From an uncultured Chlamydiales bacterium (GTDB lineage Bacteria; Chlamydiota; Chlamydiia; Chlamydiales; JAAKFR01), in the NCBI GenBank assembly GCA_963699155.1, contig OY969414.1:1291757-1355756 (forward strand): DNA of 64,000 bases. Direction: 5' to 3'. The translations under genes and the position numbers were made by a program. Below, piece after piece: positions 1 through 8,962 of this stretch. Within the stretch, counting starts at the first letter, position 1, and the number at the start of each line of letters is the position of its first letter. The notes below the pieces were generated by a model that worked only from the letters and a program-made list of their open reading frames with translations, did no database searches and had not been told where the DNA came from.

Positions 1-828
1 AAAAATGCTTTAGACCCTCGACTTCGAAGAAAAGAAGATGGTCTGATTGAACTTCACTTGAACTTTGTATACCGGGTTCTTTGCGAAGGAGTAAGACCCA
101 AAAAAATGGATTTTACGGGCTATCCTGTCTATAGAGCTTATCGTTCGGTATCGAATCTGCCTATCAGCTTGGAACATCTTCTAAAAGCTGCATCTGAGTG
201 GCCGGAAAAATACTTTCGTTTTTTTGCAGCGGTCATCGCCGACTGTGATACAGATTCTTTAGAAGGACGGCTCGAGCCTATGGAACACCACCTAAAGCTA
301 GCGCCGCCACCCCCCGAGGCTTTAACTCTCATCCGTGATTTTTGCAGAGCAGAAACTTTTCTGAGTAAATTTCATCTCTTAATGGATTATGGACTCAAAG
401 TCGACCCAGGTGAAATGAGTCGTACGCAATTAGACGTTTCAAGCACTAGGGAAGAAGGTGGCTTTTCTGACGACGATTATACTGCATTTGTCAATCGCTT
501 AGTAGAGAAAGGTTACACTATACATGATTTTAGCAAACCTAAACCTCGGGAGTTTAATCCTGAGGGACAGACTCTGCCAAGCTTGAAAAAGGGGCTTAAG
601 GTTTATCTAGCTCGACAATATCTTGATTTCATTAAACATTGTTTTGAAAAAAAGCTTGTCGATCCCACTGATGAAAAAGCGATTCCTACTTTCGCTGAAC
701 TTAAAAAGGCGAAGTATGTTTGGTTAGATGAAAATTTAATACGTTATTTAGAAATTCTTCTATCTTCAGGCGTTGTACCAAAAGAGGAACAACTGATTTT
801 TTTTGTTCAAAGGAGTCTATTCCATTGA
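1..828 (+). CDS. Hypothetical helical protein, 5'-truncated by the window edge; probably continues in 803..1081 via a frameshift
   Basis: Frame 1 is open from base 1 (KNALDPRLRRKEDG...). Recurrent LLxxYG/LVEKG-type segments resemble degenerate ankyrin-like helices. A T8 run lies at 797-804. Confidence 0.6.
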   Translation, partial: KNALDPRLRRKEDGLIELHLNFVYRVLCEGVRPKKMDFTGYPVYRAYRSVSNLPISLEHLLKAASEWPEKYFRFFAAVIADCDTDSLEGRLEPMEHHLKLAPPPPEALTLIRDFCRAETFLSKFHLLMDYGLKVDPGEMSRTQLDVSSTREEGGFSDDDYTAFVNRLVEKGYTIHDFSKPKPREFNPEGQTLPSLKKGLKVYLARQYLDFIKHCFEKKLVDPTDEKAIPTFAELKKAKYVWLDENLIRYLEILLSSGVVPKEEQLIFFVQRSLFH

Positions 829-1081
829 GAAACAATATGCAATTGTAGATCTCCTTATCAAATACAAGGTCGAAATTCCACAAAAGTATTTAAGATGGGG
901 AATTAAAAATGGTGATTATAAAGATACCAGTGCTCTTGTCAAAAAAATGATAGAAACAGGGATGAAAGTGAAGAAAAGCAGCCATGATTTGGCAGTTCAA
1001 AGAAAGAAAAGTTATCCCGATAAAACAGGGGTAGGCGAGATATACAAACTGGTTAAGTCCACCTACGATAAGCAAGCATGA
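803..1081 (+). pseudogene. Probable C-terminal part of the upstream protein (frameshift at T8)
   Basis: Removing one T at 797-804 gives ...QLIFLFKGVYSIEKQYAIVDLLIKYKVEI..., continuing the same helical pattern. No clear RBS for an independent start. Confidence 0.5.
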
Positions 1082-1142
1082 GTTCAGCAATTTCATCTCT
1101 ATCTAATAGGGCAACTCAAGCGCCTCCTAAGTCAGTAAGTCC

Positions 1143-1171
1143 TTGACATTTATTTAAATTTATTATAAAAT
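1143..1171 (+). promoter_or_regulatory. Sigma70/sigma66-type promoter TTGACA-N17-TAAAAT
   Basis: TTGACA at 1143-1148 and TAAAAT at 1166-1171, 30 bp upstream of the GTG at 1202. Confidence 0.7.
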
Positions 1172-1201
1172 AATTTTAAATTTATTTTAAAGAAGTGAAT
1201 C

Positions 1202-3265
1202 GTGGCTAGTTCTGTTGGTCCTTTTGGTCAATTGTCAGAGGATGTTTTTCGGGGAGAAATGGTCCCCCGTTTCTCTCCCGGAGTTTTGGTAGCGCTCTCG
1301 GGAACTTGTCGCTATTTTCGTCAGGAACTGAATGATGGTGAGTTGTGGCGTTTGATCAATGCAAATCTTATGGGGCCACGTCATGTAGCTCTTTTCACCC
1401 CTTTAATTGAGGGACCATTTACCTGGAAGCAGGCCTACCGTTTCCGCTTTCTACCACATGTATTGGCGCAAGCTTATTACATCAGACGGGGTCAAACACT
1501 AGCAGATAACCCTCCAAGAGCTCAATTAAATGGGGGTCTTTTGTTGAGGAATGGTCTTCCGGGTAGGTCCGCCGAGAGCATTATTCCACAGCCTGAAGTG
1601 GAAGTGAGGGGGACTCTATTCAGGATTGTGCATTGGAGCGATATTCAGATGGTCGATTCCCTGGGCCAGCAAACGCTTCTTTCGGGTGATCCGAACAGGG
1701 TTTTAATCCGTTTAACACATGATGGTGAATTCCTCTATGCCTTGAGAGACGATGGTTTCGTCATCCGCTGGAATCCTGTGACGAGAGAGAGTAGCCCTAT
1801 CGATACGGCCTGCACGCGCCACCAACGAAATGAGAAGTTTGATCTGACATGGATAGCAAGTGATACCTATCCTCCAAGCAGAGGTGATCTTCACGCACTA
1901 TTTTTTCGGGTTGTAGAGGTGGATGGGTTTCTATCCTATTCTGGGAGGGTAGTCATCAAGTGGAGATATGGCATCGAGATCATCGATCCGAGTGCGAATC
2001 AAAGTCGCGCATTTTTTCTTCAACCATTCAACTTGTCACCCCTACATATCTCAGAGGGAAAACTCTATGCGGGACATAGTAAGGCTCTTTTTGTTTTTGA
2101 TCTAAAAGAGATGAAATTTGAAAAGAATCATAGTTTTTCATTACTGAATCCTCTACTCAAGGGTAGCGATCAAGTTGTTGGAATTCAGGCGAACCAAATC
2201 AGAGCATTTCATCTTCGTGATGATTTCCAATTGAAGAGTTGGTCGATTGGCCTCAACAGCTTTGATATTTTGTACCTTTCAGGCAACTTCTGTTTGGTGA
2301 GTAAAGCAACTGTATTAGCGCTATTGAATCTGAGAACAGGGCGGCTAGCCGATAAATTCTACGGTGAAGGAAAAGAGAAACCAGAAGTTTTGGCCCACTT
2401 AGTGGGGCAGATAGGGACTCAGTTAGCCGAAGAAGAAAGGCGCTCTCAGACGCGAATGCCGCCTCCTTCAGGAGTTCCCTTACGTAGGGAGCTCAATGAA
2501 CTTGTCGAAAAAGGAATCATCTCCGTTGAAGAAGCCGAAACCTATACTCCTTTAGCCGAACAGCTGTTTGAAATCGCTCGATCCAAGGAGCTCTATCGGA
2601 TTCCCACTCTCAAAGCCCAACAAATTGTTTATCAGGATGGCACTCTTTTTTACGTCGTGAATGGTTCTAATGTTTGTGTAGAAAAAGAGGGGGTAGAAAA
2701 GATTCTGAAAGGTCAACCAGGGTCATCCTTGCTCCATCTGGCGCATGATGGAAGCAATCTCTATTCCCTGAGAAGTGACGGTGCCCTTCTGACGTGGGAT
2801 CTTAATGCGGGTAGCTATCTAGTGATTTCAACCATTCATGGCTCCAATTTTAAAGAGGCGCTCCTTCTTGCGAAAGAGGGTGTTTTGGTGACCGCCTTAA
2901 ATCATCACCTAGAAATCCACAATCTAAAGACAGGTAAAATATATTCCATCAATGATGGCGTCGCTATGACTCAAATGTTTATTCACCAACAGAAGCTGTA
3001 CAGGTATAACACCGACGTTCATAGTAGCGATTCCACGATCTATGTTTTAAATTTAGCGACAGGCCAATCAGAGCCTCCCATCCTTGTGCCGCAGAAAAAA
3101 CTTCGCTACTGTAAATTAGTTAAAGAGAATCTTCTCCTTGTTTTCACTGAGCAAGATACCCTCCTCATGGATCTAGAGGGTCGACTGGTTTGGAGAAATA
3201 GGAAAGGGGGGGGCTGCCTCTCTATGGCACTCATCTTAAACATTTCACACTCCTCGGCTTTTTAG
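1202..3265 (+). CDS. F-box-like protein with two beta-propeller-like regions (candidate effector); true C-terminus probably extends to 3441 via a frameshift at G8
   Basis: N-terminal FGQLSEDVFRGEMVPRFSPGVLVALSGTCRYFR...LWR matches the F-box pattern. Internal duplication LSGDPNRVLIRLTHDGEFLYALRDDG / LKGQPGSSLLHLAHDGSNLYSLRSDG. Confidence 0.7.
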   Translation: MASSVGPFGQLSEDVFRGEMVPRFSPGVLVALSGTCRYFRQELNDGELWRLINANLMGPRHVALFTPLIEGPFTWKQAYRFRFLPHVLAQAYYIRRGQTLADNPPRAQLNGGLLLRNGLPGRSAESIIPQPEVEVRGTLFRIVHWSDIQMVDSLGQQTLLSGDPNRVLIRLTHDGEFLYALRDDGFVIRWNPVTRESSPIDTACTRHQRNEKFDLTWIASDTYPPSRGDLHALFFRVVEVDGFLSYSGRVVIKWRYGIEIIDPSANQSRAFFLQPFNLSPLHISEGKLYAGHSKALFVFDLKEMKFEKNHSFSLLNPLLKGSDQVVGIQANQIRAFHLRDDFQLKSWSIGLNSFDILYLSGNFCLVSKATVLALLNLRTGRLADKFYGEGKEKPEVLAHLVGQIGTQLAEEERRSQTRMPPPSGVPLRRELNELVEKGIISVEEAETYTPLAEQLFEIARSKELYRIPTLKAQQIVYQDGTLFYVVNGSNVCVEKEGVEKILKGQPGSSLLHLAHDGSNLYSLRSDGALLTWDLNAGSYLVISTIHGSNFKEALLLAKEGVLVTALNHHLEIHNLKTGKIYSINDGVAMTQMFIHQQKLYRYNTDVHSSDSTIYVLNLATGQSEPPILVPQKKLRYCKLVKENLLLVFTEQDTLLMDLEGRLVWRNRKGGGCLSMALILNISHSSAF

Positions 3266-3573
3266 GTTTTGTGATCGAGCAGCACTCTAAAGTCACTGTT
3301 TATGACATGAGGACTAATGATGAGCTCATAGAGATCACCTTAGCTGGTAATAAAAAACGCTCTCTCGAACATCTTCTGACCTTCTGCCATGACAATCGAG
3401 AGCTCATCTTTGCAAAGTTCCCCGAAAACCCTCTACTGTAAGTTTAAGAGCTCCTCTCCTAGAAATTTCAAGACTTTGTTAAGAAATGGAATATATTTAA
3501 ATTTTTAATTATAATGGGCTTACGGCACGAAGTGAAAGGTTAATTAGTGCTAATTTTTAACTCTGGAGGGGGT

Positions 3574-3990
3574 ATGTTTAAACGATCTCTTTTGCGAGGT
3601 TTGCTCACCGCTCTGTTCGCAGTAGTTCCTCTTTTATCAGGGACTGCTTTTGCGGATAACCCACCTGCAGCTCCACCTGCAGCTGGTCAGCCTGCACCTG
3701 GCCAACCTGCACCTATTCAACCATCAGCTGCTCAACCAGTAGCTACTACGCCTGAATTCGCTCAGCCTGAACTGGCCTGGAGAGGCGGCGGCGGCGGCTG
3801 GGGTGGTGGTCATGGTTGGGGTGGTGGTGGCTGGGGCCACGGTGGTGGTGGCTGGGGCTACGGCCGCGGTTGGGGAGGCTATGGTGGCTACTGGGGTGGC
3901 TACTACAGACCCTACTACTACGGGTATCCATACTACTACAACTACTATCCACAATATTACAACACACCTTACTACTACTATAACGGGTAG
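3574..3990 (+). CDS. Secreted low-complexity protein: signal peptide, Pro/Ala/Gln linker, Gly-Trp-His block, Tyr-rich tail
   Basis: GGAGG RBS before ATG 3574; AFA signal-peptidase site; followed by an intrinsic terminator. Confidence 0.75.
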   Translation: MFKRSLLRGLLTALFAVVPLLSGTAFADNPPAAPPAAGQPAPGQPAPIQPSAAQPVATTPEFAQPELAWRGGGGGWGGGHGWGGGGWGHGGGGWGYGRGWGGYGGYWGGYYRPYYYGYPYYYNYYPQYYNTPYYYYNG

Positions 3991-3997
3991 ATGATTT

Positions 3998-4029
3998 GAG
4001 GGGGCGGTGGATAGTCCGCCCTCTCTTTT
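3998..4029 (+). terminator. Rho-independent terminator
   Basis: GAGGGGGCGG-TGGATAGT-CCGCCCTCTC followed by TTTT, between convergent genes. Confidence 0.75.
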
Positions 4030-4041
4030 GTTGGTGTCGAT

Positions 4042-4533
4042 CTAATCTCTGTCTGTATATTTGTAAAGTTGACGTGCTCTGAATTCAACTTTTTCTAGAT
4101 GATTATCTTTTAGTTGTTTAACGATTGTTTCCAGGTCGATACCACCTTTTCCTAATTTTGCCACTTCTACTTTGAGTTCTTCGCGAGCAGCTCGATATTG
4201 TTGATATTCTTTGTCAGCTTTCAACTCTTTGCGGCCTTTCTCAAAGGCAACTGCAGCTTCGATCACTTGCGAATCTTCAACTTTCTTGCTCGGATCGCCC
4301 ATATACTCAGGTTTTCCTGCCCACTCTGTAGTTTTCTTCGCAGCTTTCGGAGCATCGGCCTTGATTTGCGCTTTGAAAGCGGCAATTTGTGCTTCAGATT
4401 TTCCGATGATGGCAGCTAGGTAGCTTTCCATAAATTTATCTTTTACTGTTTCACGAAACGTGATTTCTATTTTTTCCTGAGGAAGAAGGCCTGCATATTT
4501 TGTAGCAGCTGCAATTAGAGAAGTAAAAGCCAT
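4042..4533 (-). CDS. Hypothetical Lys/Glu/Ala-rich helical protein
   Basis: 163-aa ORF with protein-like composition and an AT-rich upstream region. Confidence 0.65.
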   Translation of the reverse strand: MAFTSLIAAATKYAGLLPQEKIEITFRETVKDKFMESYLAAIIGKSEAQIAAFKAQIKADAPKAAKKTTEWAGKPEYMGDPSKKVEDSQVIEAAVAFEKGRKELKADKEYQQYRAAREELKVEVAKLGKGGIDLETIVKQLKDNHLEKVEFRARQLYKYTDRD

Positions 4534-4603
4534 AAAAACCCTTTTTTTGAATGTTTAAGAACATAAATAGAATGTTGCTTTTTCTATTTTAAGTCAATCA
4601 ATG

Positions 4604-6208
4604 TCAATTATTTATCGAAATAAGACTGGCTCGGGAAAAGTCGATGGCGCCGATTGAGTCGATGGTATAGCCGGACAGGGTAGGGGAGTGGGCGAAGAGG
4701 AGGCGATCGCTGCAGATGGGGATGACGGGCATCTGCTCGAGCAGGATGAGCTCGGCTTCACTGAGTAGTTGGGTCCTTTTGGAGCAGTTGGATTCTTGCT
4801 TGGCTTGAGCTATTTTGAGGGCAAAGTCGGAGTTGAGCCAGCGGCAGAAGTTGGAGGGGTTGAGGCTGGTATAGCGTTCGAGAAGCTCGAATGGATCTTT
4901 GTAGAAGGCGCCTTCGTAGGCCATGCTGATGGTGTAGAGCCCTTTTTCTAAGTTACTGCGCAGAACATTCCATTCGACAGATTTGAGACGGATGTCGATA
5001 CCGAGCTCTTTTTTCCACGTCTCTTGGAGATACTCAGCGAGCTGTTTACGAGGGGATTGTTGGGAATAGCTGATTTCGAGAGGTGGCAGCGTTTCACGGG
5101 TGTAGCCCGTTGAAGTGAGCCAGTACTGGAAAAGCTCATGAGCACGTTCACGGTTTTCTTCGATACGGAAGGGATGGAGAATAGGGAGAAGTTGGTTTGA
5201 GAGTGGTTTGAGAGAGGCTTCGCCTCCCAGAAGAATATGGTCGGTAATGGCCTGTCGATTGAGAGAGAGGCTGAGAGCATAGCGGATGTAAGGTGATGCG
5301 AGGAGGCTATTTTCATTGTTTAAGAAAATCCAGAAAGAGCGGCCGATGGGATGCGAGCGTAAGAGCTCTTGCTTCTGAAGCTGCTGGATCAGCACTGCAG
5401 AAAGTGGGCAGAGTGGGACTCCCACCCAATCGACCTCACCCTTTTCAAAGAGGGAATAAACGGTGGTCGTATCTTCGATGAAGCTGATGGAAATCTCTTC
5501 GAGTAGCACATGCGCATGGTCCCAATAATGGGGATTGGGAAGCAGTCTCATCGAGTTTCCTTTTTTCCACTCAGCCACTTGGAAGGGACCATTGAACAGG
5601 ATCTCTGAGTGGTTTTCAGGGTCGACGAGGGGAGCGGCGATCGCCTGAGCCATCAGATCGAGGAAAGTAGGACAGGGATATTCGAGATCGACAATGAGGG
5701 TCAGATCGTTCACGACATGGACGCCGAGATGATCGAGAGGAAGCACCCCTTTTTTGACTTTTTCGCCATTGGCTAAAACGTAGAGGAGCTCTGCACGCGA
5801 GCAGGTCGAGGAGGGCTTCAGCGCGGCTTTCCATGCTGTGGCATAGTGGTGGGCTGTGACAGGAGTTCCATCGCTCCAGTGATTGGGCCTTAAAGTAAAG
5901 GTGTAATGGAGCTGGTCGTCAGAGATGGAAACAGTTTCTGCACCTGCAAGCTCAGCCTTCCCTTCTCCGTTGATGCGGGTTAAAGGTTCAAAGAGAGTTT
6001 TGGCAAGTGAGAGACCACGGAGATAGATCACCAGATCGTGAGGATGGAGGGAAGGAAGGTCTCCTTCTTGAAAGTTGATCTTTAATGTATGGTTTTCTCG
6101 CTCTCGCTTTTGGTGACATCCTGCAGCGGTCAGAAGAATCAAAAAAGCAAAAATAAAAAATGGAGTCGCCTTGGTAAGGCCGCAGAAACGAGGTCGAGAC
6201 CATCTCAT
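4604..6208 (-). CDS. oppA: Peptide ABC transporter substrate-binding lipoprotein (OppA, SBP family 5)
   Basis: Lipobox-like LTAAGC; YTFTLRPNHWSDGTPVTA, NGPF, NPHYWD and MPVIP motifs. Confidence 0.85.
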   Translation of the reverse strand: MRWSRPRFCGLTKATPFFIFAFLILLTAAGCHQKRERENHTLKINFQEGDLPSLHPHDLVIYLRGLSLAKTLFEPLTRINGEGKAELAGAETVSISDDQLHYTFTLRPNHWSDGTPVTAHHYATAWKAALKPSSTCSRAELLYVLANGEKVKKGVLPLDHLGVHVVNDLTLIVDLEYPCPTFLDLMAQAIAAPLVDPENHSEILFNGPFQVAEWKKGNSMRLLPNPHYWDHAHVLLEEISISFIEDTTTVYSLFEKGEVDWVGVPLCPLSAVLIQQLQKQELLRSHPIGRSFWIFLNNENSLLASPYIRYALSLSLNRQAITDHILLGGEASLKPLSNQLLPILHPFRIEENRERAHELFQYWLTSTGYTRETLPPLEISYSQQSPRKQLAEYLQETWKKELGIDIRLKSVEWNVLRSNLEKGLYTISMAYEGAFYKDPFELLERYTSLNPSNFCRWLNSDFALKIAQAKQESNCSKRTQLLSEAELILLEQMPVIPICSDRLLFAHSPTLSGYTIDSIGAIDFSRASLISINN

Positions 6209-8949
6209 AAATCCTCCTTAAAATAGGCTTGGGATAAGTCGACACATCCCTCTTGGTCAAAAAAGTAGTTTTCCAGCTTGGCATGATGCGCAAAGAGGTG
6301 TGCGCAGCGGAAAAGAGGGGTGAAGGGGGCCTCTGCACAGAGTATAGCTTCCGCTTTGTTCTGGAGCTCTAGCCTGGCGCCACTGTCAGGGGCGAGGCGT
6401 GCTTGTTGGAGGAGGGATCGAAATTGGGGCTCTTTCCATTTCGAAAAATTCCAGGAACTGGCTCCCTCAAACCTCTCCAAAAACTCTAGAGGGGCATTTT
6501 CCAATGTTTCTTGGATGGTCCCTGAAATCTCGAACTCTCCTTTTTCCAGCTTAGTTCGAAAGAGATTCCATTCGATTTTTTCGAGTTTCACCGAAAGTCC
6601 CAGCTGCTTCTGCCAAAAGGTTTGGAGAGAGTGTGCTAACATTTCGCGGCCTGTCTGATGCGAATAGGTAAAGGTCAGTTGAGGGAACTTCTTTTTGTTC
6701 AAGCCGAGCTCTTTGAGTCCCGCAGCAAAGAGTTGAGGAGCAGTTTCCCGAGGCAGTGAGAGGTGGGAGAGGGGCGTGCTTAAAGGGAAGATGGTCTCAC
6801 AAATGAAGGGCCTTTCAATCGCAAGGCTGAGAGCGTGGCGGATGTTGGGGTGGTTGAGGTGGGGAAGTTGGGTATTAAAATGGACAAGGAAACGGCGATT
6901 AACTTTTCGGGTATTAAGTAGATTCTCTCTCTGTAGCTGCACAATCTGTTCAGACGACAGGGTGCCAAGCGGATCGCCGATCCAATCGGTTTTTCCCTCT
7001 TGAAAAAGATGAAAGATCCCTTCTAAATGGTGGCCCCACTTGATTTCGATCTGCTCAAAATAGGGACGTTCTGTCTTCCAAAAATAGGGATTTCTTTCCA
7101 AAAGAAGACCCTCTTTCTTCTGATGGCGGATGAGATAGGGACCATTGAACCACTTGGGCTCACGCATCGATCCGAAGAGGGGAAAGAAGAAGGGCTGAGC
7201 GAGTTTATGGAGAAAATAGGGGTCGGGATATTCGAGCTCGATTTCTAGAGTGCGCGCATCAAGTGCATGAACGCCGAGGCTATGGCCGTCGCATCGGAAC
7301 TCTTTTAAGAGGCGGCCATTTTTCAGAACGAAGAGATGCTCAGGATGGCTGACGCTATCCCTTAAAGCCCTTTGCCAGCTGGTGACATAGTCATTCGAGG
7401 TCACTTTTTCACCATTGGACCAGAAGCAGGAGCGCAGTTTAAAGGTGTAGCGTAACCCATCCTCAGAGGTAAGATATTCGATGGCCCCCGCAGGCTCAGG
7501 CTCTCCTTGGGAATTAAGCCGAATCAACCCCTCAAAGAGGAGTTTGCTGAGGATACGGCAACGCATATCTCCGGCTGAGAGGTGGGGATTCATCGAGGGA
7601 GGGGCGCCTTCTTGAAAAGAGAGTTGTAGAGGGCGCATTTTTTTGCGGATGGCTTGAGTCTGATTGAGAAGGGTTGGGATTTCAGCCGCCACATTGGGTC
7701 CTAAACAGCAAAAGTAGTCGGCAGTCCCAAAAGGAAGGTGGGCATGGGCGCGATTTTCCGATTCGGCTTCCCGGTAATAGGGGGAGAGGGATTCTGAAGC
7801 ACTTCCATTTTTAATGATGATCACACTATTACCTCGGCGCACGATCGCATCATTCTCTTTGCTTTGCAAAATTTCAGAGAAGGCTAAGAAGAGCTCCTCC
7901 GCTTCACTCAAAGAGAGGGAGAGGCGCGCCTCAATGGGATGGATTGCATAGAATAGCTTCTCTGCGAAGAGATCGAAGAGAGGGATTTTATCGGAGAAGT
8001 TGACCCGCAAGAGTCCAAAGTGGGCCTGCTGTTTCTCAAATAGCCCTCCATTATAGTCTCGAAAGGGGCCAAAGACAGCTTCCAGATATTTGGCAATATA
8101 GCGCCGCGCATACAAAAGGTTGATCGACCCCCTCACATCAAAGACAGAGGAGGGAACCTTTAAAGAAAAGACGCCGATAATGACAGGAAAAGGGTGCGTC
8201 ACTAATTTTTTAAAGCGAAAAAAGTAGTCAAACGAATGGGGCAGTTTTTTTAAGGCCTCTTCGAGGCTCTTCTCTGCCCCGGGACGTGCATAATGGACCA
8301 AAAATTCGAGGGAGGAGAGCGTCTGCTCCTGAAAGGTGATGGAAATATGGGGAAGTTCCATGGGGTCTTGCATCTCTCGTTGAAGAAGCAGAACCTGGCG
8401 GAAAGATTCTTCGGCATTATAGGGCCAAAAGATGGTAGGGGTGAGTGGAGAGAGGGCCAGGAGCTGTTCTCGAAAAGCTTTTTCAAGGGCGCGCAGCTCT
8501 TTGGTAGAGAGCCCCTGCCCCCTCATTTTTTCGACCTCGATATAGCAAAATTGGTAAGAAAAAATGGGATGAAACCAGACATACGAAGAATGGATCACCG
8601 TTTGTACGCTGGGAATTAAGGTATGAAAGATCGCTAGAAGCTGTTCTTGATTGAAGTTGTAAGAAGAGTGAAAGGAGAGCGCACAGCAGATCCTGGGGCC
8701 ACTCTGAAAGAGCTTGATGAAGATGAGATCATATTCCCCTTTCTCGCTTTCCAACACATCTTCCATTTTTTTCTGCATAAAAAATTGGACAGTCAGAAGC
8801 GTTTTGAGATGTTGCGGAGTTCTGAGAGCGAGAAAATTTTCAGGAGCATTTGCCTTGAGCCGCTCCAAACCTGTCACGAGCCTCGCATCAAAAAAGCTTG
8901 GGTATTTCTTGATCGTCCTCTGGATCTCTCGACTTAAAAGGTCAAGCAT
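6205..8949 (-). CDS. Fusion of a ~430-aa unknown N-terminal domain to an OppA-like domain, no signal peptide
   Basis: C-terminal YTFKLRSCFWSNGEKVT, NGPY, NPYFW. The N-terminal domain shares ISxxFQEQT and FRDYNGGLFxKQ with 10520..13402. Confidence 0.8.
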   Translation of the reverse strand: MLDLLSREIQRTIKKYPSFFDARLVTGLERLKANAPENFLALRTPQHLKTLLTVQFFMQKKMEDVLESEKGEYDLIFIKLFQSGPRICCALSFHSSYNFNQEQLLAIFHTLIPSVQTVIHSSYVWFHPIFSYQFCYIEVEKMRGQGLSTKELRALEKAFREQLLALSPLTPTIFWPYNAEESFRQVLLLQREMQDPMELPHISITFQEQTLSSLEFLVHYARPGAEKSLEEALKKLPHSFDYFFRFKKLVTHPFPVIIGVFSLKVPSSVFDVRGSINLLYARRYIAKYLEAVFGPFRDYNGGLFEKQQAHFGLLRVNFSDKIPLFDLFAEKLFYAIHPIEARLSLSLSEAEELFLAFSEILQSKENDAIVRRGNSVIIIKNGSASESLSPYYREAESENRAHAHLPFGTADYFCCLGPNVAAEIPTLLNQTQAIRKKMRPLQLSFQEGAPPSMNPHLSAGDMRCRILSKLLFEGLIRLNSQGEPEPAGAIEYLTSEDGLRYTFKLRSCFWSNGEKVTSNDYVTSWQRALRDSVSHPEHLFVLKNGRLLKEFRCDGHSLGVHALDARTLEIELEYPDPYFLHKLAQPFFFPLFGSMREPKWFNGPYLIRHQKKEGLLLERNPYFWKTERPYFEQIEIKWGHHLEGIFHLFQEGKTDWIGDPLGTLSSEQIVQLQRENLLNTRKVNRRFLVHFNTQLPHLNHPNIRHALSLAIERPFICETIFPLSTPLSHLSLPRETAPQLFAAGLKELGLNKKKFPQLTFTYSHQTGREMLAHSLQTFWQKQLGLSVKLEKIEWNLFRTKLEKGEFEISGTIQETLENAPLEFLERFEGASSWNFSKWKEPQFRSLLQQARLAPDSGARLELQNKAEAILCAEAPFTPLFRCAHLFAHHAKLENYFFDQEGCVDLSQAYFKEDL

Positions 8950-8962
8950 AGAAAACCACTAT

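Noticed and set aside
3724..3994. Alternative-frame ORFs over the Gly/Tyr-rich gene
   Set aside because: Artefacts of low-complexity codon repeats; only the 3574 frame has an RBS, signal peptide and terminator.
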